Below are positions 18,744 through 28,580 of a stretch of 64,000 nucleotides of DNA, piece after piece. Below the pieces are notes generated by a model. The model saw only the letters and a program-made list of their open reading frames with translations, did no database searches and was not told the origin of the DNA. Origin of the DNA: Gemmatimonadota bacterium. GTDB taxonomy: Bacteria > Gemmatimonadota > Gemmatimonadetes > Gemmatimonadales > Gemmatimonadaceae. The stretch spans positions 32,001 to 96,000 of the forward strand of contig JAZJZK010000027.1 of assembly GCA_040389905.1 (NCBI GenBank), given 5' to 3'. How positions within the stretch are numbered: position 1 is the stretch's first letter; every line of letters begins with the position of its first letter. A program made the position numbers and the translations under genes.

Positions 18744-19721
18744 ATGAAACGCTCTTCGACACTCACGTGGGACCAGCTGCGCGTCGGCCTCGTCATTCTC
18801 CTCGCCGTAGGAGTCATCGGCGTCGCCGTCTACAAGCTGGGAGAATCCGCCAATCTCTTCGCCAAGCGCTACGAACTCATTGCCTATCTGCCGGATGCAA
18901 ACGGGTTGAAGGTAGGGGGCTCGGTGATGATCGCTGGCCAACTCGCCGGCATCGTGGAGAAGATCGATTTCCTTCCCGTGGATGCGGATACGACGCGCAA
19001 CCTGAAGCTCACGCTCAAGGTCGACGTCAACCTCCGCGAGCAGATCCGCCGCGACTCGCGCGGGAAGTTGCGAACACTCGGACTGTTAGGGGACAAGGTG
19101 TTCGACATTTCGCCGGGAACGCCGCGGACGCAGCCGCTCGCGGAGGGCGACACCGTCTCCATCACCGCCGTCCTCGACTATGACGCGGTCATCGCACAGG
19201 CGAGCGGTGCCGTCACGGACATGGTTTCGCTCACGCGTGACCTCCGCGCCATCACCGGCGGCATCGTCCGAGGTGAGGGCTCGCTCGGGAAACTCGTCAC
19301 GGATCGCACCCTCTACGATCAGCTCAACAACACGTTGGCGCGCGCCAATACGATGCTGGCGAGTCTTCAGAATCCCAACGGGACGATGGGACGCATGCTC
19401 AACGATCCCTCGCTCTACAACAAGCTCATTGGCGTCATCAGCTCCACCGACTCGCTGATCATGTCGATCAATTCGAGTAAGGGCACGGCGGGCATGCTGC
19501 TGCGTGATTCGACGCTCTACAAGAACATGGTGGGGATCACCGTCGGGGCGGACTCCTTGCTCAAATCCTTATCGAACGGAAAGGGAACCGTTGGCCGATT
19601 CCTCACGGATCAGACGCTCTACGACCAGGTCAACAAACTCGTGACGGACCTGAGCGCCATTCTTGCTGACATCCGAAAGGATCCCAGCAAATACACGAAG
19701 GGCATCATCAAGGTTTTCTAG
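18744..19721 (+). CDS. mlaD: MlaD/MCE-domain protein with long repeated helical C-terminus
   Basis: N-terminal TM helix; MCE motifs 'ANGLKVGGSVMIAG' and 'GLLGDKVFDISPG'; four 34-aa repeats. Confidence 0.88.
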   Translation: MKRSSTLTWDQLRVGLVILLAVGVIGVAVYKLGESANLFAKRYELIAYLPDANGLKVGGSVMIAGQLAGIVEKIDFLPVDADTTRNLKLTLKVDVNLREQIRRDSRGKLRTLGLLGDKVFDISPGTPRTQPLAEGDTVSITAVLDYDAVIAQASGAVTDMVSLTRDLRAITGGIVRGEGSLGKLVTDRTLYDQLNNTLARANTMLASLQNPNGTMGRMLNDPSLYNKLIGVISSTDSLIMSINSSKGTAGMLLRDSTLYKNMVGITVGADSLLKSLSNGKGTVGRFLTDQTLYDQVNKLVTDLSAILADIRKDPSKYTKGIIKVF

Positions 19722-19812
19722 CACCGTCAGACATACCATGCACAGCACTTGCCCCGCCACTCGCGTCGGACTAAAATCCGGATTCCGGTACCTGACAGGT
19801 ATCGGAACATCC

Positions 19813-19886
19813 GGTCGCGTAGCTCAGCTGGTTAGAGCGCTGCTTTCACACAGCAGAGGTCCACGGTTCGAGTCCGTGCGTGACCA
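19813..19886 (+). tRNA. tRNA-Val (anticodon CAC), CCA not encoded
   Basis: Acceptor stem GGTCGCG/CGTGACC+A; D-arm AGCTCAGCTGGTTAGAGC; anticodon arm CTGCT-TTCACAC-AGCAG; T-arm CACGG-TTCGAGT-CCGTG. Confidence 0.95.
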
Positions 19887-19902
19887 CTCGGTTGCCCGCA
19901 AT

Positions 19903-22425
19903 GTGAGGCGGTCACTCTTTGTGGCCGCCTCTTTGCTGCCCGGCAGCGTCGCCGTCGCGCAACTTCCGACGACGAAACCCACGGCGGCCCAGGCGCAAAC
20001 GCTCCTGCAGACCCGCCCCGATCTCGTCGCGCAACTCAGGCAGCGCTTCGCGACGGCCGGCATGACCAAGGAGCAGGTGCACGCACGCCTGCGGGCCGAG
20101 GGATATCCCGAGGACATGCTCGACGCCTACCTGCCGGGCATTACGGGGAACGCGGCCGAGCCGACCGATGATGTCTTTCGCGCCGTGCGGGCGCTCGGCA
20201 TCGCGGACGCCGAAGAGATTGCCGTGTTGCAAGGCGCGAACGCCGGTCAGGGTGTCCGAAGCAGTGGCGACGCACGCGCTGGCGTGGCAGCGGTCAGCGA
20301 CACGCTGCGTTCCGCGCGGAGCGCGACGGACAGCGCGGCGATCGTGCGCTCCGCCAACGATAGCGGGTTTACCGTGTTCGGCCTCGACATTTTCCGTGGA
20401 TCGACGACGCAATTCGATCCGAACGTCAACGGACCGATCGACGACAACTACCGGCTCGGGCCTGGTGACAAGCTCGTGTTGATCCTGACCGGCGATGTCG
20501 AGGCGAGCTACTCGCTCGATGTCACACGCGAAGGGTTCGTCGTCATTCCGTCGGTCGGCGAGGTGCACGTTGCGAGTTTGACGCTCGGCCAGTTGCGCGC
20601 ACTGTTGGCATCCCGGCTTTCGCGCGTGTACTCGGGCATTCGCGCCAACAATCAGGGAACGACGCGCTTTTCGATCAACGTGGCCCGGTTGCGATCGAAT
20701 CAGGTGTACGTGCTCGGCGATGTGTTGCGCCCAGCCAGCTATGTGGTGTCGAGCGCCGGAACGGCGCTCACGGCGCTCTATGCCGCCGGCGGGCCGACGA
20801 TCAATGGCTCGCTGCGGCGCGTTGAAATCCGGAGGGCAGGCAGTAGCGCCGGAACGGTCGACCTGTACGACTACATCCTTCGTGGCGACGCCTCCCATGA
20901 TCTGCGGCTGGAAACCGGGGACGTCGTATTCGTGCCGGTTCACGGTGCGCGCGTTCGCATCGTTGGCGAGATCGCGCGGCCGGCCACCTACGAACTGCTG
21001 CCAGGGGAAACGCTCACCGACGTGGTGCGAAACGCGGGCGGGTTCCGCGTGACGGCCGCGCGGCAACGAGTACTCGTCGACCGTATCATGCCGCCCGGTG
21101 AGCGGCGCGCCCCGGGCTTCGATCGGGTCACGATCGATGTGGCATCCGAGGCGGGGCTCGCCGCCGCGGGATTCGCGCTGCAGGACGGCGACGTCGTGCA
21201 CGTCCTTGCGATTGCGGACCGTGTGCGCAATCGCATCTCGATTACGGGCAACGTCTACCAGCCGGGCGCGCAGGGCTACACGCCTGGCATGCGATTGTCC
21301 GACGCGCTGCGCAAGGCGGGCGGCCTTCAGCCGGACACGTATCTCGGACAGGTCCTCATCTCGCGTCTCCGCAGCGACTCGACGCGCGCGCAACTGCGCG
21401 CGACGCTGGCTGACACCACAGGTCGGGTGATCGATGACCCCGCGCTTCAGGAGGACGATCAGGTCACGGTGTTCTCGCTGACGTCGTTCCGGCCGGAACG
21501 CTACGTCTCGATCGGCGGTGCGATTCGGAACGGCAACCGCTTTCCGTACCGCGAGGGGATGACGCTGCGCGACCTCATTCTTCTTGCGGGCGGCGTCCAG
21601 GAGAGCGCCTACCTGAAGGAAGCCGAGATCGCACGCCTTCCCGCGAGTCGTGACAGCGGTCGCACCGCGACGACGATTCGCGTGGCGCTTGACTCGACGT
21701 ACCTCCCGGAGCGGAAGCCCAATGGCGACTACCGTGGCGCGCCCGGCCTACCAACGAGCGCGAGCGGCGCACCGGAAGTCATCCTGCAGCCGTATGACAA
21801 CGTCCTCATCCTCCGGCAACCGAGTTGGGAACTGCAGCGCACGGTCCTGCTTCAAGGCGAAGTGCGATTCCCAGGAGCCTATTCGTTGGAGACGAAAAGC
21901 GAACGGTTGTCCGACCTGATCGCGCGTGCGGGTGGGCTGACGGACGAAGCGTATGCGGACGGCATCGTCTTTCTCCGCGCACAGGGCGGTGTCGGTCGCG
22001 TTGGCGTGGATCTCTCCGCGGCGCTCAGAAGCCGAGAGAGCAGCGACAATCTCATCCTCCGCGACGGTGACAACATCACCGTGCCGGCGTTCAATTCCGT
22101 CGTTACCATTCGCGGGGCAGTGAACCAACCGTCGACGGTGGCGTATGTTCGCGGGATGGGCATCGACTACTACATTGGGGCCGCAGGAGGCGCCGCCAAG
22201 AACGGCGACGACGGCCGCGCCTATGTCGCCCAGCCGAGTGGAAAGCTCGAGTCGGTGCGCCGGCACTTTCTGCGTCCGACCTCGATGCCCCGTCCGAAAC
22301 CTGGCAGCGTCGTTACCGTTCCCGAGCTCGATCCGAGTGACAAGAAAGATTTCGTTGCGCTGGCAGGCAGTGTGGCGCAGATCATCGCGGGAACGGTCGC
22401 AATCATCGTGGCGCTTCGGCGCTGA
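19903..22425 (+). CDS. SLBB-domain polysaccharide export outer-membrane protein (Wza/KpsD-like)
   Basis: Signal-peptide-like start, 'YRLGPGDKL' Poly_export motif and multiple SLBB repeats ('GEV.RP..Y', 'AGG'). Start moved downstream of the tRNA to GTG 19903. Confidence 0.88.
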   Translation: MRRSLFVAASLLPGSVAVAQLPTTKPTAAQAQTLLQTRPDLVAQLRQRFATAGMTKEQVHARLRAEGYPEDMLDAYLPGITGNAAEPTDDVFRAVRALGIADAEEIAVLQGANAGQGVRSSGDARAGVAAVSDTLRSARSATDSAAIVRSANDSGFTVFGLDIFRGSTTQFDPNVNGPIDDNYRLGPGDKLVLILTGDVEASYSLDVTREGFVVIPSVGEVHVASLTLGQLRALLASRLSRVYSGIRANNQGTTRFSINVARLRSNQVYVLGDVLRPASYVVSSAGTALTALYAAGGPTINGSLRRVEIRRAGSSAGTVDLYDYILRGDASHDLRLETGDVVFVPVHGARVRIVGEIARPATYELLPGETLTDVVRNAGGFRVTAARQRVLVDRIMPPGERRAPGFDRVTIDVASEAGLAAAGFALQDGDVVHVLAIADRVRNRISITGNVYQPGAQGYTPGMRLSDALRKAGGLQPDTYLGQVLISRLRSDSTRAQLRATLADTTGRVIDDPALQEDDQVTVFSLTSFRPERYVSIGGAIRNGNRFPYREGMTLRDLILLAGGVQESAYLKEAEIARLPASRDSGRTATTIRVALDSTYLPERKPNGDYRGAPGLPTSASGAPEVILQPYDNVLILRQPSWELQRTVLLQGEVRFPGAYSLETKSERLSDLIARAGGLTDEAYADGIVFLRAQGGVGRVGVDLSAALRSRESSDNLILRDGDNITVPAFNSVVTIRGAVNQPSTVAYVRGMGIDYYIGAAGGAAKNGDDGRAYVAQPSGKLESVRRHFLRPTSMPRPKPGSVVTVPELDPSDKKDFVALAGSVAQIIAGTVAIIVALRR

Positions 22426-22428
22426 CGC

Positions 22429-23340
22429 ATGACCGTGGAGCGCGCGCGCGTCTTTCGCGATTCGCGTGCGCCCTACGTGCTCGCAGCGGCGCTACTGGGC
22501 ATCTCGATGTCCGGGCCGCTGGTTCGCCTATCGCATGCACATCCACTGGCGATCGCCACTTGGAGACTGGGCTTCTCGCTCGTCGTCATCGCGGCCATGC
22601 TGGTGCTCACCGGCGAATGGCGTGCGCTCCTGCGGTTGACGCGCGTCGAAGTCGGGATCGCGGCGGGAGCGGGCGTCATGCTCGCCTTTCACTTCTGGAG
22701 CTGGAACGCGTCCGTTCAGCTCACGAGTGTGGCCGCATCCGTCATGCTCGTGAATATGCAACCGGTCGTTGTGGCCGTGCTTTCGGCGGTCTGGTTGCAC
22801 GAGCGACCAACCTCGAGGCAATGGGCGGGGATCGTCGTCGGGATCCTGGGTGCGATCATCGTGGCGTCGCCCGACCTGCTGCATGCCCAGGGCGTGACTG
22901 CGGCGCACCCCAGGGCGATCCTTGGTGATATCCTGGCGCTCGTGGGCGCTGTGACGGCTGCCATTTACTACGTCGCAGGACGGCGGCTCCGGACGACACT
23001 TGGGCTGTGGCCCTACGTTGCACTGGTCTACGGCGTCTGTCTACTTAGCCTGATCGCGCTTGTGTGGTTGAATGACGCCCCCCTCGCTCCCCAGCCTCCA
23101 CGCGAGTTGGGGATTTTCGTCGCCTTGGCACTCGGCCCTATGTTGCTGGGTCATACGGGACTCAACTGGGCGCTCAAGTACTCGCCGGCGTATGTCGTCA
23201 ACGTCACCTTGCTCGGCGAGCCCATCGGCGCGACGCTGATCGCCGCGCTGCTGCCGGGAATACGAGAGGTTCCCGGGCCGGCGACGTTTGTCGGAGGCGC
23301 GGTGGTGTTGGCGGGGATACTCATGACGGCCCGGAAATAG
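22429..23340 (+). CDS. DMT/EamA-family transporter
   Basis: About 10 TM helices; 'TSVAASVMLVNMQP', 'GDILAL', 'LLGEPIGA'. Confidence 0.88.
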   Translation: MTVERARVFRDSRAPYVLAAALLGISMSGPLVRLSHAHPLAIATWRLGFSLVVIAAMLVLTGEWRALLRLTRVEVGIAAGAGVMLAFHFWSWNASVQLTSVAASVMLVNMQPVVVAVLSAVWLHERPTSRQWAGIVVGILGAIIVASPDLLHAQGVTAAHPRAILGDILALVGAVTAAIYYVAGRRLRTTLGLWPYVALVYGVCLLSLIALVWLNDAPLAPQPPRELGIFVALALGPMLLGHTGLNWALKYSPAYVVNVTLLGEPIGATLIAALLPGIREVPGPATFVGGAVVLAGILMTARK

Positions 23341-23519
23341 CCTCCGTTCTCTCGGACATGATGCGCCCGACGTCAGCTGTGTCAGGTATTCAGCGATCAG
23401 CCACCGCAGGCTGCAGCTGGCTACGGGGGCACCTGCCTCATCTGAGTCCGGCGTGGCGCGAGTTTGGACGGTGAGAGCCCACGCGTGATTAGCTTTCGCC
23501 GGACCCCCACCGCGCGCGC

Positions 23520-24515
23520 ATGAAGTCCCTCTCTCTCGATGTGATCGTCACCCGCGGCGCCGTCGTCGAGTCCCGGCACCGCGTGCATGCGGCCGTCGTG
23601 AATTCTGCCGGCGACCTCACGGCCACGGCACGCGACCCGTCACTCGTCTCGCATTGGCGATCCTGCGCCAAGCCGTTTCAGATCATGCCGCTGATCGAGA
23701 GTGGCGGCTTCGATTCCGTCGGGTGGGGTGACGATCAGCTCGCGCTCGCATGCGGCTCGCATGGCGGCGAACCAGAGCACGTGGCGATTGCCCAAGCCAT
23801 GCTCTCGTCGATCGGCCTGGAGGAAGGTGACCTCGCATGCGGTCCGCACGAACCCTTGGCGAGCCGAGGGCAAAAGGTGCTCCGCGAAACGACCGGCCGA
23901 CCGACGCGCTTGCACAACAACTGCTCCGGCAAACACTCGGCGATGCTCGCGCGTGCATTGGCCGCTCGCTGGCCTACCGTCGGCTATGAACGCGAAGATC
24001 ACCCTGTGCAGCAATCCTGTCTCGCAGAAGTTGCGAAATGGACTGGCGTGCCGGCCGGTGACATTCCCCTCGCGGTCGATGGCTGCGGCTGCGTCGTGTT
24101 CGCGCTTCCCCTCGACGCGATGGCGCGCTCATACGCGCGTTTGGCCGATGGGGCGCGCCGCTCGCACGAGATTCCGTCTCGCGTCATCCACGCGATGCAA
24201 ACGCGCCCGTTCCTGGTGGGTGGAAGCGATCGGTTCGACTCGGCGCTCATTGAAGTGACCAACGGCCGAGTCGTTGCCAAGGTCGGCGCGGAGGGCGTGC
24301 ATTCGATCGCGTTGATCGACGACGGAATCGGAATCGCGATCAAAGTCGAGGACGGCGCCCAACGCGCCCAGTTCCCGGCCGTGATCAGCGTTCTCCAGCA
24401 TTTTGGCCAATTGCCCCGCGACCTGCCTCCCCGGCTTCTCGATTTCACCTATCGCCAGCTTCGCAACACCCGCGGGGAAATCGTTGGTGAGGTACGCCCA
24501 CTGGACGCGTCATGA
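23520..24515 (+). CDS. L-asparaginase II (Rhizobium AnsA type)
   Basis: 'RSCAKP', 'SHGGE..H', 'NNCSGKH', 'DGCG', 'AKVGAEG'. Confidence 0.88.
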   Translation: MKSLSLDVIVTRGAVVESRHRVHAAVVNSAGDLTATARDPSLVSHWRSCAKPFQIMPLIESGGFDSVGWGDDQLALACGSHGGEPEHVAIAQAMLSSIGLEEGDLACGPHEPLASRGQKVLRETTGRPTRLHNNCSGKHSAMLARALAARWPTVGYEREDHPVQQSCLAEVAKWTGVPAGDIPLAVDGCGCVVFALPLDAMARSYARLADGARRSHEIPSRVIHAMQTRPFLVGGSDRFDSALIEVTNGRVVAKVGAEGVHSIALIDDGIGIAIKVEDGAQRAQFPAVISVLQHFGQLPRDLPPRLLDFTYRQLRNTRGEIVGEVRPLDAS

Positions 24516-24552
24516 CCGGGAGTGCGATGCCCGCTGCGCGAACTGGGCTGGA

Positions 24553-24641
24553 TGTCATCCCGAGCGAAGTCGAGGGATCTGCACCTTCAGTCTGGGTTTA
24601 AGGTGCAGACCCTCGACTCGCGTCGCTCGCTCGGGGTGACA
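24553..24641. repeat. TGTC-tagged palindromic repeat pair forming a long hairpin
   Basis: TGTCATCCCGAGCGAAGTCGAGGGATCTGCACCTT ... AAGGTGCAGACCCTCGACT...TCGCTCGGGGTGACA. Confidence 0.85.
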
Positions 24642-24682
24642 GCGCTTGGAATTGGCCGTTTCGTGAGAGGAATTAGCCTCGC

Positions 24683-25312
24683 ATGACGACCGCACCATTG
24701 TCGACGCTCGACGAGCCGACCAGCATCCTGGTGCAGCTGGCGGCACACATCGCCGGCTCGGCCGAGCCGGAGGTTCGCGGAGCGTTCTCCGCGGCGGTCG
24801 GCCGCGTGCCGACGGAATGGGTCGAGGAACTCATCGTCCAGAGCTATCTCTTCTGCGGCTTTCCCCGCGCGCTGAATGCGGCGCGCGAGTGGCGTCGAGC
24901 GTCTTCGGAATTGGCTCCGATTACCGATGAGGGCGACGACCTGCGCCGCATCGCCGAGTGGCAGACGCGTGGACAAGTCACCTGTGCGGCCGTCTATGGC
25001 TCCATGTACGACAAGTTGCGGGTCAACGTCCGTGCCCTGCATCCTGCACTCGACGCCGCGATGCTCGTCGAAGGCTACGGCAAGATCCTGAGCCGGCCGG
25101 GGCTGGATCTTCCGCGGCGCGAACTCTGTATCGTCGCCGCGTGCGCGGTGACAGGGCAGGAGCGCCAGCTTCATTCGCACCTGCACGGCGCGCTCAACGT
25201 CGGCGTTTCCAGCGCGGCGCTCGCCGCCGCCCTCGACGCGCTCGAGTCGATTCTCGGAACCGAACGCACGAGATCGGCGCGACTCCTGCTCGCCCGGGTC
25301 GCCGCCGGGTAG
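24683..25312 (+). CDS. Carboxymuconolactone decarboxylase (CMD/AhpD) family protein
   Basis: 'YLFCGFPRALNA', 'YG.ILSRPGLD..RREL', 'HLHGALNVG'. Confidence 0.82.
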   Translation: MTTAPLSTLDEPTSILVQLAAHIAGSAEPEVRGAFSAAVGRVPTEWVEELIVQSYLFCGFPRALNAAREWRRASSELAPITDEGDDLRRIAEWQTRGQVTCAAVYGSMYDKLRVNVRALHPALDAAMLVEGYGKILSRPGLDLPRRELCIVAACAVTGQERQLHSHLHGALNVGVSSAALAAALDALESILGTERTRSARLLLARVAAG

Positions 25313-25401
25313 CTTTCGGATTGCACGAAAACGATGTCCCCTGCGGCAGAACGATCACGCACTCTCTGCCGGTGGGTTCTACCTTCTCTCGAGTCAACAA
25401 G

Positions 25402-26421
25402 ATGTTCATCGACCGCGTCATCGTCCGCGTCGCCGCCGGTTCCGGCGGCTCGGGCATCGCCAGCTTCCGCCGCGAAAAGTTTGCACCCATGGGCGGGCCC
25501 GATGGCGGAGACGGAGGCAAAGGAGGAGACGTCATCGTGCGTGCCGATAGTAACCTCGCGACCCTGCTCGACTACACGTACCGCAACCAGTGGGAAGCGG
25601 AACGCGGCGAGCATGGCAGCGGCTCGAACAAGACCGGCCGTTCCGGCGCCGATATCGTGCTGCCCGTTCCCCCCGGCACCATCATTCGCAACAAGGACAC
25701 GGGCGAAATCCTCGGCGAAACGCTCGAGGATGGCGACACCTTCACCGTCGCCAAGGGTGGTCGCGGCGGGAAGGGAAACTCATGGTTTGCAACCTCCGTT
25801 CACCGCAGTCCGCGAGAATGGCAGCCCGGGGAAGACGGCATCGAGTTGACCCTCGAGTTCGAGCTCAAGCTCATCGCCGATGTCGGCCTCGTGGGCCAGC
25901 CGAACGCCGGCAAATCGACGTTGCTGTCGGTGATTAGCGCGGCGACTCCCAAGATTGGCGACTATCCATTCACGACGCTTGAGCCCAACCTTGGCGTCGT
26001 GCAGATGAGCGACCAACGGACGTTCGTCGTCGCGGACATCCCCGGCATCATCGAAGGCGCGCACGAGGGGAAGGGGCTGGGCCTCCAGTTTCTGCGACAC
26101 ATCGAGCGGACGCGGTTGTTGGCGTTTCTCGTCCCCATCGATTCGATGGATTGGCAGGCTGAGTACGACCAGCTCCGTGCAGAGATCGCACAGTATTCGA
26201 GTGAGTTGGCGGAAAAGCCGCATTGTGTGGTCTTCACGAAGATGGACCTGCTGGGCGAGGATGAGCCTGCCCCAATCGATGCGCCAGATGCGTTCGGCGT
26301 CTATGCGATTTCGGCCGCAGGGCGTGGAGGACTGGAGGAGCTCAAGCTCGCGTGGTGGCGCCGGTTGCTGGAGATGCGCAAAGCGTCGCTGGAGCCGGTC
26401 AAGGATGTGGTGCTGCCCTGA
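25402..26421 (+). CDS. obgE: GTPase ObgE/CgtA
   Basis: 'MFIDRV', 'FRREKF.P.GGPDGGDGG', 'GQPNAGKSTL', 'YPFTTL', 'DIPG'. Confidence 0.96.
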   Translation: MFIDRVIVRVAAGSGGSGIASFRREKFAPMGGPDGGDGGKGGDVIVRADSNLATLLDYTYRNQWEAERGEHGSGSNKTGRSGADIVLPVPPGTIIRNKDTGEILGETLEDGDTFTVAKGGRGGKGNSWFATSVHRSPREWQPGEDGIELTLEFELKLIADVGLVGQPNAGKSTLLSVISAATPKIGDYPFTTLEPNLGVVQMSDQRTFVVADIPGIIEGAHEGKGLGLQFLRHIERTRLLAFLVPIDSMDWQAEYDQLRAEIAQYSSELAEKPHCVVFTKMDLLGEDEPAPIDAPDAFGVYAISAAGRGGLEELKLAWWRRLLEMRKASLEPVKDVVLP

Positions 26422-27263
26422 GGGTCGCTCTCCGGCGCGGCGGTGACGGCTACCCGCAGGAGCTTCTGGACTTGCCGCATCCCCCGGCCACACTCTGGGC
26501 GCGCGGCAACCTCTCCGTTCTCGCGCAGCCGTGCGTCGCCATTGTGGGAACGCGGCGGGCCACGCCGTACGCCACGCGCGTCGCGCGAGAGTTGGGCCGC
26601 TCGCTCGCGAGAGCCGGAGCATGCGTCGTCAGCGGGCTCGCCCGTGGCGTGGATGCCGAGGCGCACCGCGGAGCGCTCGATGTCGGTGGCGCGACGTGCG
26701 CGGTGCTCGGCACTGGGCTCGATGTCGTGTTTCCAAAGGGTCATGCACAACTGCAGGCCGACATCGCGGCGCGCGGCCTGCTGCTTTCGGAGCTCGAGCC
26801 GCAACACGCTGCGCACCGCGGCTCCTTCCCGAACCGAAACCGGATCATCGCCGCGTTGTCGAAGGCGACCATCGTCGTCGAAGCACCGTTGCTGAGCGGC
26901 GCGCTGATCACGTCGAGAGTCGCATTCGAACTCGGCCGGAGTGTCGGTGCTATTCCAGGTCCAATCGATGTTCCGCAATCCCAAGGCAGCAACGAGGTGC
27001 TCAGGGACTATGGCTGCGCGATCACCAGCATCACCGACGCCATTACCCTGATGGGGCTCAATGCTCCCATTCGGCTTGCGGAATTACCCGAAGGCTCCCC
27101 TGAGCGACGCATGTGGGAGGCTCTTGCCGACGGCGCGGCCGATCTCGATACGCTCTGCACGCGCTCGAGGCTTCCGGCACATGAAGGGATGGCGGCGGTG
27201 AGCGCGCTCGAGCTTCGCGGCTTGGTCGAGTGTGCGCTCACGGGAGAAATCCGGAGATCGTGA
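26418..27263 (+). CDS. dprA: DNA-processing protein DprA (short form; start codon uncertain)
   Basis: 'YPQELL', 'VAIVGTR', 'VSGLARGVD..AH', 'FPNRNRIIAALS', C-terminal winged helix 'LELRGLV'. Confidence 0.85.
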   Translation: MRVALRRGGDGYPQELLDLPHPPATLWARGNLSVLAQPCVAIVGTRRATPYATRVARELGRSLARAGACVVSGLARGVDAEAHRGALDVGGATCAVLGTGLDVVFPKGHAQLQADIAARGLLLSELEPQHAAHRGSFPNRNRIIAALSKATIVVEAPLLSGALITSRVAFELGRSVGAIPGPIDVPQSQGSNEVLRDYGCAITSITDAITLMGLNAPIRLAELPEGSPERRMWEALADGAADLDTLCTRSRLPAHEGMAAVSALELRGLVECALTGEIRRS

Positions 27264-27430
27264 TTCGCTCTGCAACGGGCCGGTCCAACTGATTGAGGAA
27301 CGGATTGGGCGGACTTGCACGGAGACCGCCGGATCATTCAATCGTTGGATCAGGAGTTTCTGTCGCATCCGGGTGAAGAAGCGATCTGGTTGTTTCCGTC
27401 GCATCCGTGAAATCCGCTCCTGAAGCAGGA

Positions 27431-28567
27431 ATGATTCAGCGATATTCACTCGTGCCCCGCCACATCTACGTCCACGTTCCGTTCTGCGCTCGCCGCTGCT
27501 CGTACTGCGACTTTTCGATCGCCGTGCGACGCGCGGTGCCCGTTGACGAATACCTCGGCGCGCTCGGCGCGGAGCTTCGCACGCGTTTCGGCGAGCCACA
27601 GGGGCTGGAAGTCGACACGCTCTACTTCGGTGGCGGCACCCCATCGCGCCTCGGCGGCGAGGGCTTGGCGCGCGCTGTTACACTCGTGAGCGAATTCTTC
27701 CGGCCGGCGTCGGGTGCTGAAGTCACCGCGGAAGCCAATCCAGAAGACATCACGCCCGACGCTGTGCGCCGGTGGCGAATGGCGGGCCTCAATCGACTGT
27801 CACTGGGTGCCCAGTCCTTCGATGACCGCGTGTTGGCATGGATGCATCGGACGCATGACGCCACAGCCATCTCGCATGCGGTGCAGACAGCTCGGGATGG
27901 CGGGATCACAAATCTGTCGCTCGATCTCATCTTCGCCCTCCCGGAATCCCTTCAGCGTAACTTTGAAAGTGATGTTCGGCGGTTATTGGAGCTCTCGCCA
28001 GACCATGTTTCACTCTACGGGCTTACCGTCGAGCCGCAGACCGCCTTGGGGAAATGGGTCGCCGACGGAATAACTGTCGAACAGCCGGAAGAAGGGTACG
28101 AATCGGACTTCCTCCTCGCCAACGAGGCGTTGACCGCCGCCGGCCTGATCCACTACGAAGTATCCAACTACGCGATGCCAAACCGCCGGGCGCGACACAA
28201 TTCCGCATATTGGTCTGGGGCGGCGTACGTGGGGCTCGGCCCCGCCGCACACGGCTTCGATGGCCGCGTAAGGCGTTGGAACGCAAAACATTACGCGGAA
28301 TGGCGCGACCGGGCGGTGTCCGGCCTCGACCCTTTGGCGGGAGAGGAATCGCTCACGGAGGACAACAAGAGCGCCGAAGCGGTGTACCTCGGATTGCGAT
28401 CAGACGCCGGGCTCCCGATCATGCCGGGTGACGAAATCCTGACTGGCCGCTGGCGCGAGGAGGGATGGATTCACCTACCGTCGGATGACCGCATTCGCTG
28501 CACTGCAAGAGGGTGGCTCCGCCTCGATGCGCTCGCCGCCGCCTTGACGCATCACCGAAGTCGTTAG
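27431..28567 (+). CDS. hemW: Radical SAM heme chaperone HemW
   Basis: 'YVHVPFCARRCSYCDF', 'FGGGTPS', 'YEVSNY', 'HNSAYW'; lies upstream of hrcA. Confidence 0.92.
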   Translation: MIQRYSLVPRHIYVHVPFCARRCSYCDFSIAVRRAVPVDEYLGALGAELRTRFGEPQGLEVDTLYFGGGTPSRLGGEGLARAVTLVSEFFRPASGAEVTAEANPEDITPDAVRRWRMAGLNRLSLGAQSFDDRVLAWMHRTHDATAISHAVQTARDGGITNLSLDLIFALPESLQRNFESDVRRLLELSPDHVSLYGLTVEPQTALGKWVADGITVEQPEEGYESDFLLANEALTAAGLIHYEVSNYAMPNRRARHNSAYWSGAAYVGLGPAAHGFDGRVRRWNAKHYAEWRDRAVSGLDPLAGEESLTEDNKSAEAVYLGLRSDAGLPIMPGDEILTGRWREEGWIHLPSDDRIRCTARGWLRLDALAAALTHHRSR

Positions 28568-28580
28568 CATATTTACACTT

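Noticed and set aside
19663..19902. N-terminal extension of the 920-aa ORF
   Set aside because: It overlaps the end of mlaD and a complete tRNA-Val; a signal-peptide-like start at GTG 19903 is more plausible.
19813..22425. tRNA as the attachment site of a genomic island
   Set aside because: No integrase is present and I saw no duplicated tRNA 3' end in the window.
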